The notes under the pieces: model-generated
The model's input: only the letters and a program-made list of their open reading frames with translations
What the model was told of the DNA's origin: nothing
The model's database searches: none
DNA from: Pecten maximus
Taxonomy: Eukaryota
Assembly: GCF_902652985.1 (NCBI RefSeq)
Contig: NC_047029.1
Location: 32,922,001-32,986,000, forward strand
Length of the DNA: 64,000 nucleotides
Direction of reading: 5' to 3'
Position numbers and translations under genes: made by a program
Part shown: piece after piece, positions 13,180 to 26,617 of the stretch
Layout of the letters: the number at the start of each line of letters is the position of its first letter
Position numbering within the stretch: the stretch's first letter is position 1

Positions 13180-13514
13180 ATAGACTGGATAGGACTTGTG
13201 TTGCCAAGGGAAGTAGGTTGGGAGCGATGGCCAGTAAACAAAACCTTTGTTAAATGATACGTTTGTTTAGTTTTTAATGATGATTTCAGCAATTGACGAG
13301 ACTTGTTTCTTTAATGGGACAATTGTTTCTTTTGATTTGGTGTTAAAGGCAAATGACCCTGTAGAATGTTTTGTATGCATTTACATATACAGTAAATGAA
13401 ACACTTATCAGCTTTCTCGACAATGGCTTTGTGTATGGAAGGCTTGGCATGGCAAAAATAGACAATTTTCAGAATGTTTTTCACAGATATGAAGACATCT
13501 TCGTCAAACGCCAT
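13180..13514 (-). pseudogene. Conserved small basic Polinton protein ending in an amphipathic segment
   Basis: KAIVEKADKCFIYCICKCIQNILQGHLPLTPNQKKQLS, then frameshifted LLAIAPNLLPLATQVLSSLF. Confidence 0.7.
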
Positions 13515-13544
13515 CTACCTTCTAGAAAACTTCCTTTTATAAGT

Positions 13545-14160
13545 TTTAAGGGGACATACACAAACTGATACTCAAGAAATATACGTATACGTTATCTGAG
13601 ATCTGAAGGAGTGTCTTGTTTTTAATCGATTAGCAGATATCCATGAGGCTGTCAAGTAACGTAAGCGTCCTTGTAGGTTTCCATCAGTAGCGTCCTTCCT
13701 GGAAACATCTGCTGAGACAAACATCTGACCTGTGTTGAATCTCTAGGATTTTTCATCAAAACAATGTAATGAGTATTTAAACTGATGTCTATATAGGTTT
13801 TTTACTCTAACAAAATAAATTATGAACTATGTACATGACGCTGATGTTGTAATGATGACTCTTCTTAGTGAATATTGACGCTACGTCAGAGTTAACTTCA
13901 GACATCAAATCATCTATCACTATCAAATTATTCACAGACGTGTCTAGTTCCATTAGATCAGGCAAACCTTCTTGGAAATCTACTTTGTCAATGAAACCAT
14001 AGATTGTTTGATATTCTCCATAACACCACAGTATCTTATCGGATATGGGAGTCATCATCTGTTGAATGTTGTCTATAAACCTCTTCACAAACGTTATTTT
14101 TCCACTTCCTGTGGGACCTGCTATTATGCACGTAAATGGATGTTTCCATGGAAGAAAATA
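13545..14160 (-). pseudogene. Polinton FtsK/A32-like DNA-packaging ATPase
   Basis: KHPFTCIIAGPTGSGK (Walker A, upstream frame), LIVIDDLM (Walker B), FTKKSHHYNISVMYIVHNLF, SLNTHYIVLMKNPRD, PHGYLL; stops and frameshifts. Confidence 0.9.
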
Positions 14161-14409
14161 TCCTCTCGTACTGGAGGTAAAGTACTTACCGGTATATTTT
14201 CAATACCAAATTCCTCCTGAAAGGTTACTTTGCCAGATGATGAGCACTATATTTTACGTAGATCTTTAAAATGTTTTCTTCTGATCTGTTGATCTAGAGA
14301 GTTTTTCAACGTGTACGTTTTAGAGCAAAATTGACATACGTAAGCCATGATTTTCTTTATTTTCATGGTTTCCGTTTCTTTAATATATCTTTCTTTGGTG
14401 ATTCAATGT

Positions 14410-15430
14410 CTTCATGATTTATCCAGGAATTGAATTTCTTTGGCCATCCTAACAATCTAACTAAAGCTTATTTCTTTCCTTTTGCTTTCTTAACTTTTCA
14501 GACTTATTGTATTTTCCATTTCGTTTCTTTTGATTATATGACTTTCATATCTTGGACTTTGTAAACAGGGATACTTCCTTTATAATAACTGTGGGAGATT
14601 ATGAATATTTCGTCGGTCCACTTCTGTTGCCATCCTCGACGAAACTCACGTAGCTTATATCTTAATTTCACTTGATCTCCCTTTTAAATTGGTGTGGCAT
14701 CTTCTTCATGGAAGGTTTATACTCTCTTTTGAAAAAGATGGTGTTTTGTGTGTCTTCGTTCATATCTTTTGGTGCTAATCACTATAGGCTACAGTGTGCT
14801 CTACTGTTGTAACTTCTAATGGTATCAGGTAACACATCGATAAAGGTAAAAGTCTTATTGGAATGCAAGTATCTATACAAAATATTTTTCAACTTCCCTA
14901 TAAACGATTCAGCAAATGCAGCTTTATGAGCACTGTGACATGCAATGTGGGTGACCCCAATGGCTTTGCAATGTTCATGAAATGCATTGTTTGAGAACGT
15001 TTTTCCATGGTGTGATCTGATGATGATGATGATGGGTTGACGTTCTGCAAATTTGTTTTTGAAAACCTCCAACACTGTGTTGGCCTTCTTGTTCTTCAGA
15101 GGTAGTACCCAAGCATAACGTGAAAAATGATCCACAACAACTAGTAAGAAAGTGATGCCATCATTATAGTCATTGATATTGGAGACATCTGCTAAATCAG
15201 CATGCCACATGTAATCCACACTCACCAAAGGAGTTTTGACATTTGGTGTTTTGTGTCTAACTTGTCTTCTTACACTAAAAAGATCTTGATTCTGCAACCA
15301 AGCAGTGACCTGTGATAGACTTTTCTTCAATTTGCCTTTCTTTTTTATAATCTCATACAACCTCTTGGGGCCAGTGAATTACGTGTTTTGGGTCATACAA
15401 TATCCCGTTGAGAAAATCTGTGCTTTTTTG
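14410..15430 (-). pseudogene. Polinton retroviral-like (rve) integrase with C-terminal chromodomain
   Basis: WHADLAD...LLVVVDHFSRYAWVLPLKNK...KAAFAESFIGKLK; the second catalytic Asp appears replaced (IRSHHGKTF). Downstream ALVRLLGWPKKFNSWI is chromodomain-like. Confidence 0.9.
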
Positions 15431-16941
15431 ACAACATACTTTTGCATTTACTACAACTCACAATCAGTTCTTTTTAGACACTTTTATGTGCTACTAACAG
15501 TTCGAATTGTTTAAGAAATGAATCGGTTCTTTGCACTTCACATAAATCGTTGGTAAATATTTCATAAACTAATGTTCCACGTAAACTTGTACGGTATACA
15601 TCATTTATCACTTCCCAATAATCTTTTTTTTAAATGCTCATTATCACTGATATCCAGCTTTTGCTTTTTCAAAGTTTCCACCTCAGGTAAAGATTGGAGA
15701 CTGTATGATTTTTAACATGGTTTATGCTGAATTTCATAACATCATAGAAATGATACATATTTCCCTAAGAGGATTCCTTTTATACACTTGTTGGCCACTT
15801 TTTCCTTGGAACAGAGGACTCATTTTAATTGTCTTTATTCCAAAAATAGATTTGACCAAATTTACATGTATATCTTTTCAAAACATCAGGGTAATTTAAT
15901 GTGAATTCTGTTATTTTTTCAACTAGAGTTCTATTGAATTGGTTCCAATGTTTGTTTGGTGTTTATATTTTTGAATTGCATGTACCGTTAGTAAAAGAAT
16001 CCAGCGTGTACCTTTTTTATAAACGACAACTATTTCCACAATAAGTGATTTACACATTACTTTGTGATTATATATCATGTAATGAGTCGACCCCCTAACT
16101 CTGGAGTGGACCAGGGGAGATAACTCGCATAAAATACCGGTCAGGACACTAAATGGGCCAAGACCGCCTGGCAATGTAATGCCTTGTACCTTTTGGTATA
16201 GGGTACTTTTACCAGTCTAAATTAAAACTATATACGGATTAACTATTCCTGTGGCAGAGGAAGTAGTCAAGTAACTTTATTTTATTTATCACTTTCACTG
16301 ACTAGCTGGTAATATTTTAAACCAAATTTCAACTCTACTTCACTTCCCAATTAAAACCATCATCATCGTATTTCTCTCTTTTATTTTTTTTGGTAAACTC
16401 CCACGTTTTGGCCAGGACACTAAAGGATACAGTCCACCTGGCAACTATTACATATTTGTTCAGTAAATCAGTACAGACAACTATTCCTGTGGCAGAGGAA
16501 TTAGTTGATTTTTTTTTCTTTTCTTTTAAAATTTTTTAACATATAAATTTAATACGTAGTTAATACGTAACTTGTTAAAATAAGCTGGGAACATTAGCCC
16601 TCACATATAAATTACTTATATACTAGTAATTACATATATAATTACTTTTATAAGTATAAGACAACTACTGATTTTTTTCTCCTCCCTTTCAATTTAAATC
16701 CTCTGTCTTTTTGTGAATCGTCTACTTTTTCCGCATTGTATTATTTTACTTATATACTATTATTATTATCCACGCTTACACCCGCACGCCATATTTTTTG
16801 TAAAGATAACTGACATACATATAAAGATAAATTTTCGATATAATTATAAAGTTAGCCTCTTGGCTCCCTTCGGTCGCCCTCCCACGACAAGAAAACTATA
16901 ACTTGGAAATATTTCTACACCACTATAAAGCGATTGGCGTA

Positions 16942-17712
16942 CTATATGGAAGGATCGGGAGGAGAAAGAATCCAACTGGAACATGTCAAGAACGAAAAGG
17001 ACATTGGTGTCACCATAGATGAGGATTTAAACTTCAAAACGCACATAGAGTTCTACAGTTAATTGTCAAAAAAGCTAACAGTATAGTTGGACTGATAAGA
17101 AGATCTTTCGTGTATCTGGACGAACTCATGTTCAAAATGCTATTTAAAGCTCTAGTTAGACCCCACCTTGAGTATGCTGCAAGTGTTTGGAACCCATCAT
17201 AAGTAAAAGATATAGAACTCATTGAAAATGTGCAGAGAAGGGCAACAAAACTGATCCCTGGATTTAAAAATATATCGTACCCGGAACGGCTACAACGGTT
17301 AAATCTCCCAACGCTACAACACCGTAGGACCAGAGGAGATATGATTATACGATAGTAGAATAACAAAAAACTTTTTCCAAATGGACAATATGAGTAGAAC
17401 CAGAGGTCACGATAAGAAAATATTCAAAAAGCGATGTCGTCTTGATGAAAGGAAACATTTTTTCAGTTACCGAGTTATTGATTTATGGAATAGCTTGCCA
17501 CAAATTGTTGTCAATTCTGATTCTGTCATAAAATTTGAAATAATGTTAGATGATCATTGGAAAAATAACCGTTTTTATTCATGAATGTACAGGAACTAAT
17601 ATAAAGCCATTAATTACATAGGAAATATTCATATTATACTATGTATTGATATTGATATGGATATAGAGGCTACAAGCCTGCGTCCATTATTTATGCTAAT
17701 AAATGCTAATAA
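16942..17712 (+). mobile_element. 5'-truncated CR1 LINE (ORF2 C-terminus plus 3' UTR) inserted into a SINE
   Basis: EKDIGVTIDEDLNF...LFKALVRPHLEYAASVWNP...IENVQRRATKLIPG...YPERLQRLNLPTLQHRRTRGDMI; tail (ATGCTAATAA)2. Absent from the paralogous units at ~22820-22970 and ~46910-47060. Confidence 0.9.
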
Positions 17713-18269
17713 ATAAGCTGAAAGGCCGAAATGGCAGATCCGAATGTATGTTCGCCAGGGAGTTGAGAAAGACATTGGCTGGTTGTTAAAATCCAAATAA
17801 CCACGGAAAATAATCTGTGAAACACTTTAAGGCGGTTATGTTGCTGTGATATAACTGTATATACAATTTCAAGCTATTATCATTACATGTATTACATATT
17901 CCCATTGAACTCTTCTGTTGGTTCATTTTGTTCTCTGTGGTTTATTCATCTTCATTTGGGATTAAGATTTTGTTTTTCACATCGGGTTTCTCTTAATATA
18001 TCATAGGAGAGGTCAGAAATAATTAAAAATTATCTAATTAATTTCTTAAGGCATTTCGAAGAGCCTCAATTATATGAAATATCGGCACTTTTCCTTACAC
18101 TTTCGTTTTGGCTTGCAGTAACACAAATAATATAATTTTTAGTTGAAAGCATTTGTTGAAATTCAATCCTCTATTTTTGATTGGAACATATTTACTTCGT
18201 GTTGTCTCCCTTAGCACTGAAACGAGGTACACAAAGTCCAGAGTAGGTGTATACACAATCTGGAACGGT

Positions 18270-19334
18270 GTAAGTATCCATATATAGGCATTTTTCAGCA
18301 TAATAGATGTTGGATGTCTTCTTTTGTTTTTATATATTGTGTAAGAAACCCAAATTGTAAGATTATATGTGTAATCAACAACAGCATAAACTGAACGTGT
18401 TTTATTTTATATGTCGTCTTAGATAAGATTAAAACATTTCCTTTGTGATGTACTTGTATGTGTACCGTTGTTGAACAGGTGTCTGTACCGAAAGTGGATA
18501 CCACACAAGGGCAATATGCTATTCATGAAGATGAATCATTATATCAATGGTGTAAGAGAAGATTGAGGGAGGAAGGGTATCAAAGTGCCATGATTGATTA
18601 TTACTTATTAAATGAGTGAATCTTTAAACGTCTGTTGTTTTTCGATGTACAATCCTGTTATACGTATATGGAAATCGAAAGTACAGACAAGGGTTTCCCG
18701 TGTAAATTTATTGTTTTTTTATTGATATTCAACAACGATTAGTTGTTGGATATCAGACCTATGTTTCACTTAAGTTTAAACAATTTATGGCTATTTTAAC
18801 CACAGAATAAGCAAAATCTACACGTTTACACAGGCAAATGTTTCCCAGATACCAAGTTTACAAAATTATGTCCCACCAGTTACAAGCCAACTCCGACCTC
18901 AAAATAACTAATTTTACTCCTAAGCAATAACGAATTCATTTTTGTTTTAAATACTTTGAAAAGGTAATATGGTTATAATGGCAACATACATTTTATTATG
19001 TTTTCTAAAGAAACAGGAAGGAAACCTACAAACGCTAATATTCTAGAGTACATATACATACTGTTGACAGATATTTTCATACAAAACCCCAAACAATATA
19101 ATAATTCAATTATTTGACTTGTCAATATCCTATCTTCAAGCAATTTGTCTATATTTTGTAACACCACTAAACGTTATATCTTACACTTAATTATAAAGTA
19201 ATCGTTCTGTGGTCTTTGATCAAACTTGTCGTTGTCAAGTTTATGGCATATTGTAAAACATGATATTTATAATTAATCAATAGAAATTATAATACACTCG
19301 TGAAATGATTTATGTTTTCGATTTTTACTTGCAG
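18270..19334 (+). other. Intron 1 (5' UTR intron) of TRIM copy 1; equivalents are 23510-24529, 36046-43444 and 47587-48613
   Basis: GTAAGT donor conserved in all four units, including the diverged copy 3; pyrimidine-rich ...ACTTGCAG acceptor 17 nt before the ATG in each copy. Confidence 0.65.
18671..18699 (+). promoter_or_regulatory. IRF/ISRE-like site (GAAATCGAAAGT) with adjacent NF-kB-like site (AGGGTTTCCC)
   Basis: Matches GAAANNGAAA. Repeated at 23865-23893 and 47942-47970; the ISRE alone is retained at 36234-36245. Confidence 0.55.
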
Positions 19335-19351
19335 ATACAACAACAATAGTC

Positions 19352-21420
19352 ATGGCGGAGGCTCTTATAGACAATCAAACCTTCAAATGTCTGATATGTC
19401 TCCAGGAATGTAACATACCCCGACAGCTACCATGTTTTCACACGTTCTGTACGGGTTGTCTGAACACCTATATCAATTCTGAATACGTCACAGAAGATAA
19501 CAGGACGTACTTCCCCTGTCCGGTATGCGAAAGTCCGTGTTACCCTCACGACAAGGATGCTCCCGTTAGTTCTTGGGCCGGTTCGTTTCCTCGGAACCAG
19601 CTGTTCGCTTCATCAACGTATAAAGAGACAGAATCAGGTCAGACATTCTGCCACGGATGTCTAACTGACGACGAAGAGAACTTTGCTTCCTTCTGGTGTA
19701 AAGCATGCTCGGAAGCCTTGTGTCAGCCATGTCGCATTGCACACCGACGAAGCAAATTACTTTCAACGCACAAAGTCATAGCCATAGACGAGGTTTCTAA
19801 GACAGATATACGCATGCCTGTATCCATTGACAACACGTGTCCTCGTCATACGGGGAAGACGATCGAAGTATACTGCCACGACCACAACGCCTTATGCTGT
19901 GTTCTGTGCGTGACACTGTCACATAGAAGGTGTACGAATGTTAGTAGCCTTGGAGATACTACAAAGATGTTCTCACTTGATGTCATCGAATGTGAGTTAG
20001 GCAAGATGAAGGACCAGTCAAAAACGATTGTTGAAGAGGACGAAAACAAACTGACCACTCTCGAAGACGATTACCAGAAAATGACCAGAAATGTGGCCAT
20101 GATGATCAAGAAAGCGAAAGATAAGCTGGATGATCTTCACAAACGTTTTCAAACCGGGTTAGACGTAACATACCGACGTCATCGAGAAAGTCTACATGAA
20201 CGCTTACGCACCAATAGGATATTTCAGGCAAACATTGAAAACACCAACCAACTGATGAGGGTGGTAAAAGGAAAAAGTCCTGACGTTGATACATTTATTG
20301 TAACGGAACAATCCAAGACACAACTTCTAAGTCACGTGCGGACGTTTACAGCAGAGGACTGGAGACAAGCACAATACATTTGAATTGAAGATGGGGTATG
20401 ACGACGTATTAGAGAAGGTCATCAACGTGATGACAACTGTGGGAAGATAAGAAGTCTCCTCTTCATTGTCATCGTCATCACAATGACTCCCTCACATCTA
20501 TCAGACAAATCATTGACACACTCCAGGCAACATCGTCCGTGACATCGTTTTCCGAATCAACGTCCTCCTCGGACATGGTGAGTGATGTAGGACACGTGGC
20601 AGTTCCATCTTCATCAGTAGCGCCTCGTATTGACGTGTGGACTGGGTCTTTATCTCTGGTCAAGTCTGTACATAAAGGTGCCATCGGTGGGTCAATGACT
20701 CCATGGCTGACAGGAGGGATATTTATTGAAGGAGAAGGTCTACTCACAACAGACTACAAAAACAGAAAACTTTTACTGTTTGATGATAGTTATGAGTATA
20801 TCAGGCATTATGGTGTGGCTGATCGTCCTATTGATATCACACGTGGATTTCAACCGAATGAGTTACTAATAACACAAATTGATAGGTCAGTCATTAGGTG
20901 TACATTTCGGGATGGTGTCCTAACCACTGTCGACAGTATAAGAAGTTATCCAAATCAATGGGGTATAGATACTCTGGGAGATAAGATACTGATCGGGACT
21001 GAGAGTTCTGTCCAGATTTTAACATCAGACTTTAAACAGGTATCGTCCATACCTAAACGCGGTTACAACATATACGTGCCCGCATCACCGAAAGGACTAT
21101 TTTACCACAGAGATGAAGACGTCATCGTATGTCGGTCACATGATGGGAAGGAAGTGTTCCGGCATATGTGTAAAGGTATCAAAGAGCTACGAGGAATTGT
21201 TGTTGACCAGGATGGTAATGTATACGTGTGTGGAATGAAATCGGGAGACATACACCTGATATCACATGACGGCTTCAAGGATCGAATCCTTCTCCCAAGA
21301 ATATGTTGGAATCAGCTCGACCGTACGCCTGTAGTTCTCCATCCAACAAGACAGGAGATCATTGTGACATCATGGCGGGAAAACGTGGCGTTTGAAGTGT
21401 ACAAGTTTTGTGACCAGTGA
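19352..21420 (+). pseudogene. TRIM copy 1 (RING, B-box1, B-box2, coiled coil, NHL-like propeller), disrupted
   Basis: Near-identical to copy 4, but with a +1 insertion at ~20342, an in-frame TTA>TAA at 20448-20450 and three single-base insertions at ~21305-21330. AATAAA at 21485. Confidence 0.9.
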
Positions 21421-24400
21421 TTGGTGTTACTACACTGACTATCGAAATGCTTTCTGTGATTTCTATAATGGGTGTTTTACGAGAAATAAATACAATTCAA
21501 GTCACTGCATTCTACTTCATATAAGTACGGAAATTGTTTTGTGCTCTGGTATTAATAATTTTTTCTTCATCGACTATTCAGTGTGTAATAGGCAATAAAA
21601 TGCATAAAGCTTGAGTATAAATATATGTCATGTAGGAATGACGAAATTAAAATAAGTTTCTACTAACATCTTATTTGTTTCAAATTATTCATCCGATTGT
21701 TAACGTGACGAAATGATTTTTTTCTCTCACATGTAATGGGAAACGTAATAAAAGTTGTACAGGATATCACTTTCTGTGTGTGCTTCTATGACTTATCATT
21801 TATCTGTATCAACATAGAAAAGGTCTGTCTTCAGAGAAGTCAGCATTAACCCGTAAATATAACTTGAACTTCTATTACATATTTGGTTTGGGTTTTAAAT
21901 TTCGACAGCTATGGTCATTGACTTGTATATGAGGGATACATGCGTGTAGTAACTGTTTGTGTGTTTGGCGGAGACTACAGTATGTCCGTGCGTGTCTCTT
22001 TGTGATAGCGGGGAATTTATCTCTGATTTAATTTTTGATCTCAAAATATATTATTGTTAACATAACAAGGATAATGCAAATAGGTATAACATAGAAAATA
22101 TATAGAATATATATAGAAAATAAATCAGTACAGACAACTATTCCTGTGGCAGAGGAATTAGTTGAAAACAAAATTCTTTTCTTTTTTTTTATTTTTTTTA
22201 ACATATAAATTTAATACGTAGTTAATACGTAAATAAGCTGGTAAGATTATCCCCCTCACATATAAATTACTTATATGATTACATATATTACATATATAAT
22301 TACTTTTATAAGTATCAGAAAGCTACTGATTTTTTTCTCTTCCCTTTCAAATTAAATCCTGTCTTTTTGTGAATCGTCTACTGCCGCTTTTTGCCGCATT
22401 GTTTTATTTTACTTATATACTATTATTATCCACGCATACAGCCGCACGCACCATATGGACTCCCCGGACCATATATACATCCAGCCAAGCCCGGCAAAAA
22501 CATTAAGTACTGTACCTTACAGAAGCAGTGACGTCCTGGTCTGTCGGGTGTAACTGGTGGTCTTAGACCCGGGGTCCATAACAGACAAAATATATACCGC
22601 CCCTATTTGACCACCAATCTACAAACAATAATTTCGCTTTTGAACATACATACATATATACCCATATTTTTTTGTAAAGATAACTAACATACATATAAAG
22701 ATAAGTTTTTATTTACATGTAATTATAAAGTTAGCCTCTTGGCTCCCTTCGGTCGCCCTCCCACGACAAGAAAACTATAACTTGGAAATATTTCTGCACC
22801 CCAATAGAGCGACTGGCGTACATGGGCTTGCCCAAGACGCTACACCCCATGATTTGTTCTATAAACGTTTGCAGGAGTTCGATTATCATTTTCAGTCGAT
22901 ACCAGCAACACAATTGGCAGTAATCCATGAAATGAGTAAGTGGTAGGACAATGCTAGAAATGTCGTATGTATAAGCTGAAACGCCGAAATGGCAGCTCCG
23001 AATGTATGTTCGCCAGGGAGTTGAGAAAGACATTGACTGGTTGTTAAAATCCAAATAACCACTGAAAATAATTTGTGAAACACTTTAAGGCGGTTATGTT
23101 GCTGTGATATAACTGTATATAAAATTTCAAGCTATTATCATTATAAATTCACCTATTGAAATCTTCTGTTGATTCATTTTGTTTTCATCTTCATTTGAGA
23201 TTAAGATTTTGTTTTTCACATCGGGTTTCTCTTAATATATCATAGGAGAGGTCAGAAATAATTAAAAATTATCTAATTAGTTTCTTAAGGCATTTCAAAG
23301 AGCCTCAATTATATGAAATATCGGCACTTTTCTTTACACTTTCGTCTTGGCTTGTAGTAACACAGGTAATATAATTTTTAGTTGAAAGCAATTGTTGAAA
23401 TTCAATCATCGATTTTTGATGGGAACATATTTACTCCGTGTTGTCTCCCTTAGCACGGAAACGAGGCGCACAAAGTGTCATGCAGACGTCTGTTCTTAGG
23501 AAAAACGGTGTAAGTATATCCATATGTAGGCATTTATTCAACACAATAGATGTTGGTTGTTTGTTCTTCTTTTGTTTTATATACAGTAATGTGTAAGATT
23601 ATAAGATTGTCTGTGTAGTCAACAGCATAAACTGAAAATACATTAATTCTCACGGTTTCTACTGAGGACCAAAATCGCGTTTGTTTGCACACCCATGTAC
23701 AACGTGTTTTGTTTTATATGACGTCTTAGATAAGATTAAAACATTTCAATTAATTGTGATGTATGTGTTTGTATACCGTTGTGGAACAGGTGTCTGTACC
23801 GGAAGTGGAGTGAATCTTTAAACGTCTGTTGTTTTTTAATGTACAATCCTGTTATACGTATATGGAAATCGAAAGTACAGACAAGGGTTTCCCGTGTAAA
23901 TTTATTGTTTTTTATTGATGCTCAACAACGCTTAGTTGTTGGATATCAATCCTATGTTTCACTTAAGTTTGAACAATTTATGGCTATTTTAACCACAGAA
24001 TAAGCAAAATCTACACGTTTACACAGGCAAATGTTTGCCAGATACCAATGTTTACAAAAATATGTCCCAACAGTTACCAGCCAACTCCGACCTCAAAATA
24101 ACTAATGTTATTCCTAAGCAATAACGAATTCATTTTTGTTTTTAAATACTTTAAAAGGGTAATATGGTTATAATGGCAACATACATTTTTATTATGTTTT
24201 CTAAAGAAACTGGAACAAAAGCTACAAACGATAATATTCTAGAGTACATATACATATTGTTGGCAGATATTTTCATACAAAACCGCAACAATATAATAAT
24301 TCAATTATTTGACTTGTCAATATCCTATCTTCAAGCAATTTGTTTATATTTTATTACACCACTAAACGTTATATCTTACACTTAATTATAAAGTAATCGT

Positions 24401-24546
24401 TCTGTGGTTTTTGATCAAACTTGTCGTTGTCAAGTTTATGGCATATTGTAAAACATGATATTTATAATTAATCAGTAGAAATTATAAAACACTCGTGAAA
24501 TGATTTATGTTTTCGATTTTTACTTGCAGATACAACAACAATAGTC

Positions 24547-26617
24547 ATGGCGGAGGCTCTTATAGACAATCAAACCTTCAAATGTCTGATATGTCTCCAG
24601 GAATGTAACATACCCCGACAGCTACCATGTTTTCACACGTTTTGCACGGGTTGTTTAAACACCTATATTAATTCCGAATACGTCACAGAAGATAACAGGA
24701 CGTACTTCCCCTGTCCGGTATGCGAAAGTCCGTGTTACCCTCACAACAAGGATGCTCCCGTTAGTTCTTGGGCCGGTTCGTTTCCTCGGAACCAGCTGTT
24801 CGCTTCATCAACGTATAACGAGACAGAATCAGGTCAGACATTCTGCCACGGATGTCTAACTGACGACGAAGAGAACGTTGCTTCCTTCTGGTGTAAAGCA
24901 TGCTCGGAAGCCTTGTGTCAGCCATGTCGCATTGCACACCGACGAAGCAAATTACTTTCAACACACAAAGTCATTGCCATAGCCGAGGTTTCTAAGACAG
25001 ATATACGCATGCCTGTATCCATTGACAACACGTGTCCTCGTCATACGGGGAAGAAGATCGAAGTATACTGCCACGACCACAACGCCTTATGCTGTGTTCT
25101 GTGCGTGACACTGTCACATAGAAGGTGTACGAATGTCAACAGCCTTGAAGATAATACAAAGATGTTCTCACTTGATGTCATCGAATGTGAGTTAGGCAAG
25201 ATGAAGGACGAGTCAAAAACAATTGTTGAAGAGGACGAAAACAAATTGACCACTCTCGAAGACGATTACCAGAAAATGACCAGAAATGTGGCCATGATGA
25301 TCAAGAGAGCGATAGGTAAGCTGGATGATCTCCTACCAACGTTTTCAAACCGGTTTAGATGTAACATACCGACGTCATCGAGAACGTCTACATGAACGCT
25401 TACGCACTAATAGAATATTTCAAGCAAACATTGAAAACACCAACCAACTGATGAGGGTGGTAAAAGGAAAAAGTCCTGTCGTTGATACATTTATTGTAAC
25501 GGAACAATCCAAGACACAACTTCTGAGACACGTCCGGCGTTTACAGCAGAGGACTGGAGACAAACACAATACATTTCAATTGAAGATGATATATGACGAC
25601 GTATTAGAGAAGGTCGTCAACGTGATGACAACTGTGGGAAGATTAGAAGTCTCATCTTCATTGTCATCGTCATCACATGACTCCCTCACATCTATTAGAC
25701 AAATCATTGACAAACTCCATGCCACATCGTCCATGACATCGTTTTCCGAATCAACGTCCTCCTCGGACATGTTGAGAGATGTAGGACACGTGGCAGTTCC
25801 ATCTTCGTCAATAGCGCCTCGTATTGACGTATGGACTGGGTCTTTATCTCTGGTTAAGTCTGTACATAAAGGTTCCATCGGTGGGTCAATGACTCCATGG
25901 CTGACAGGAGGGGTATTTATTGAAGGAGGTCTACTCGCTACAGACTATAATAATAAGAAACTATTACTATTTGATGATAGCTATGAGTATATAAGGCATT
26001 ATGATGTGGAGAACAGTCCTATTGATATCACACGTGGATTCGAACCGAATGAGTTACTAATTACCCATATCGATAGGTCTGTCAATAGCTGTATATTTCA
26101 GAATCGTGTCCGTACTGGTTCGACCTCTATCGGCAGGAAAGATTGTGTTGGAATGGTTTTGGGTATTGATACTCTGGGAGATAACATACTGATCGGGACT
26201 GATTATTCTGTCGAGATTTCAACATCTGATTTTAAACAGGTATCATCCATACCTAAACGCGGTTACAACATATACGTGGCCGCATCACCGGAAGGACTAT
26301 TTTACCACAGAGATGAATACGTCATCGTTTGTCGGTTACGTGACGGGAATGAAGAGTTCCGACATATGTGCAAAGGTATCAAAGAGCCACGAGGAACTGT
26401 TGTTGATCAGGATGGTAATGTATACGTGTGTGGAATGGAGTCGAGAGACATACACCTGATATCACATGACGGCTCCAAGGATCGAATCCTTCTCCCAAGA
26501 ATGTCTGGAATCACCCGACCGTACGCAATACTTCTCCATCCAACAAGACAGGAGATCATTGTGACGTCATGGCAGGAAAACGTGGTCTTTGAAGTATTCA
26601 AGTTTTGTGACCAGTGA
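24547..26617 (+). pseudogene. TRIM copy 2, single frameshift (real or consensus error)
   Basis: ORFs 24547-25395 and 25325-26617 join across a +1 frameshift at ~25332-25337 (GATCTCCTACCAACG vs GATCTTCACAAACG). AATAAA at 26682. Confidence 0.85.

Larger units (their letters stand above)
11597..16903 (-). mobile_element. Decayed Polinton/Maverick (adintovirus-like) element, internally deleted; right boundary approximate
   Basis: Co-oriented relics of integrase, packaging ATPase, two conserved small Polinton proteins, major capsid protein and cysteine protease. No PolB or minor capsid gene recognisable. Subterminal direct repeats (AACTATTCCTGTGGCAGAGGAA at ~16241 and ~16479). Confidence 0.9.
16464..22120 (+). 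repeat. TRIM segmental duplication unit 1 (paralogous to 22121-~27120 and 46202-~51313)
   Basis: All three units start with TAAATCAGTACAGACAACTATTCCTGTGGCAGAGGAATTAGTTGA and stay collinear through SINE, promoter, intron and TRIM exon. Confidence 0.9.

Noticed and set aside
15450-15920. Possible Polinton PolB remnant
   Set aside because: No family B polymerase motifs found in manual translation; left unassigned.
23779-24385. Short ORFs repeated in several units (also 47856-48469, 51039-59478)
   Set aside because: They recur because of recent segmental duplication of intronic or intergenic DNA, not coding conservation. The exceptions (TRIM relic and secreted-protein exon) are listed as features.
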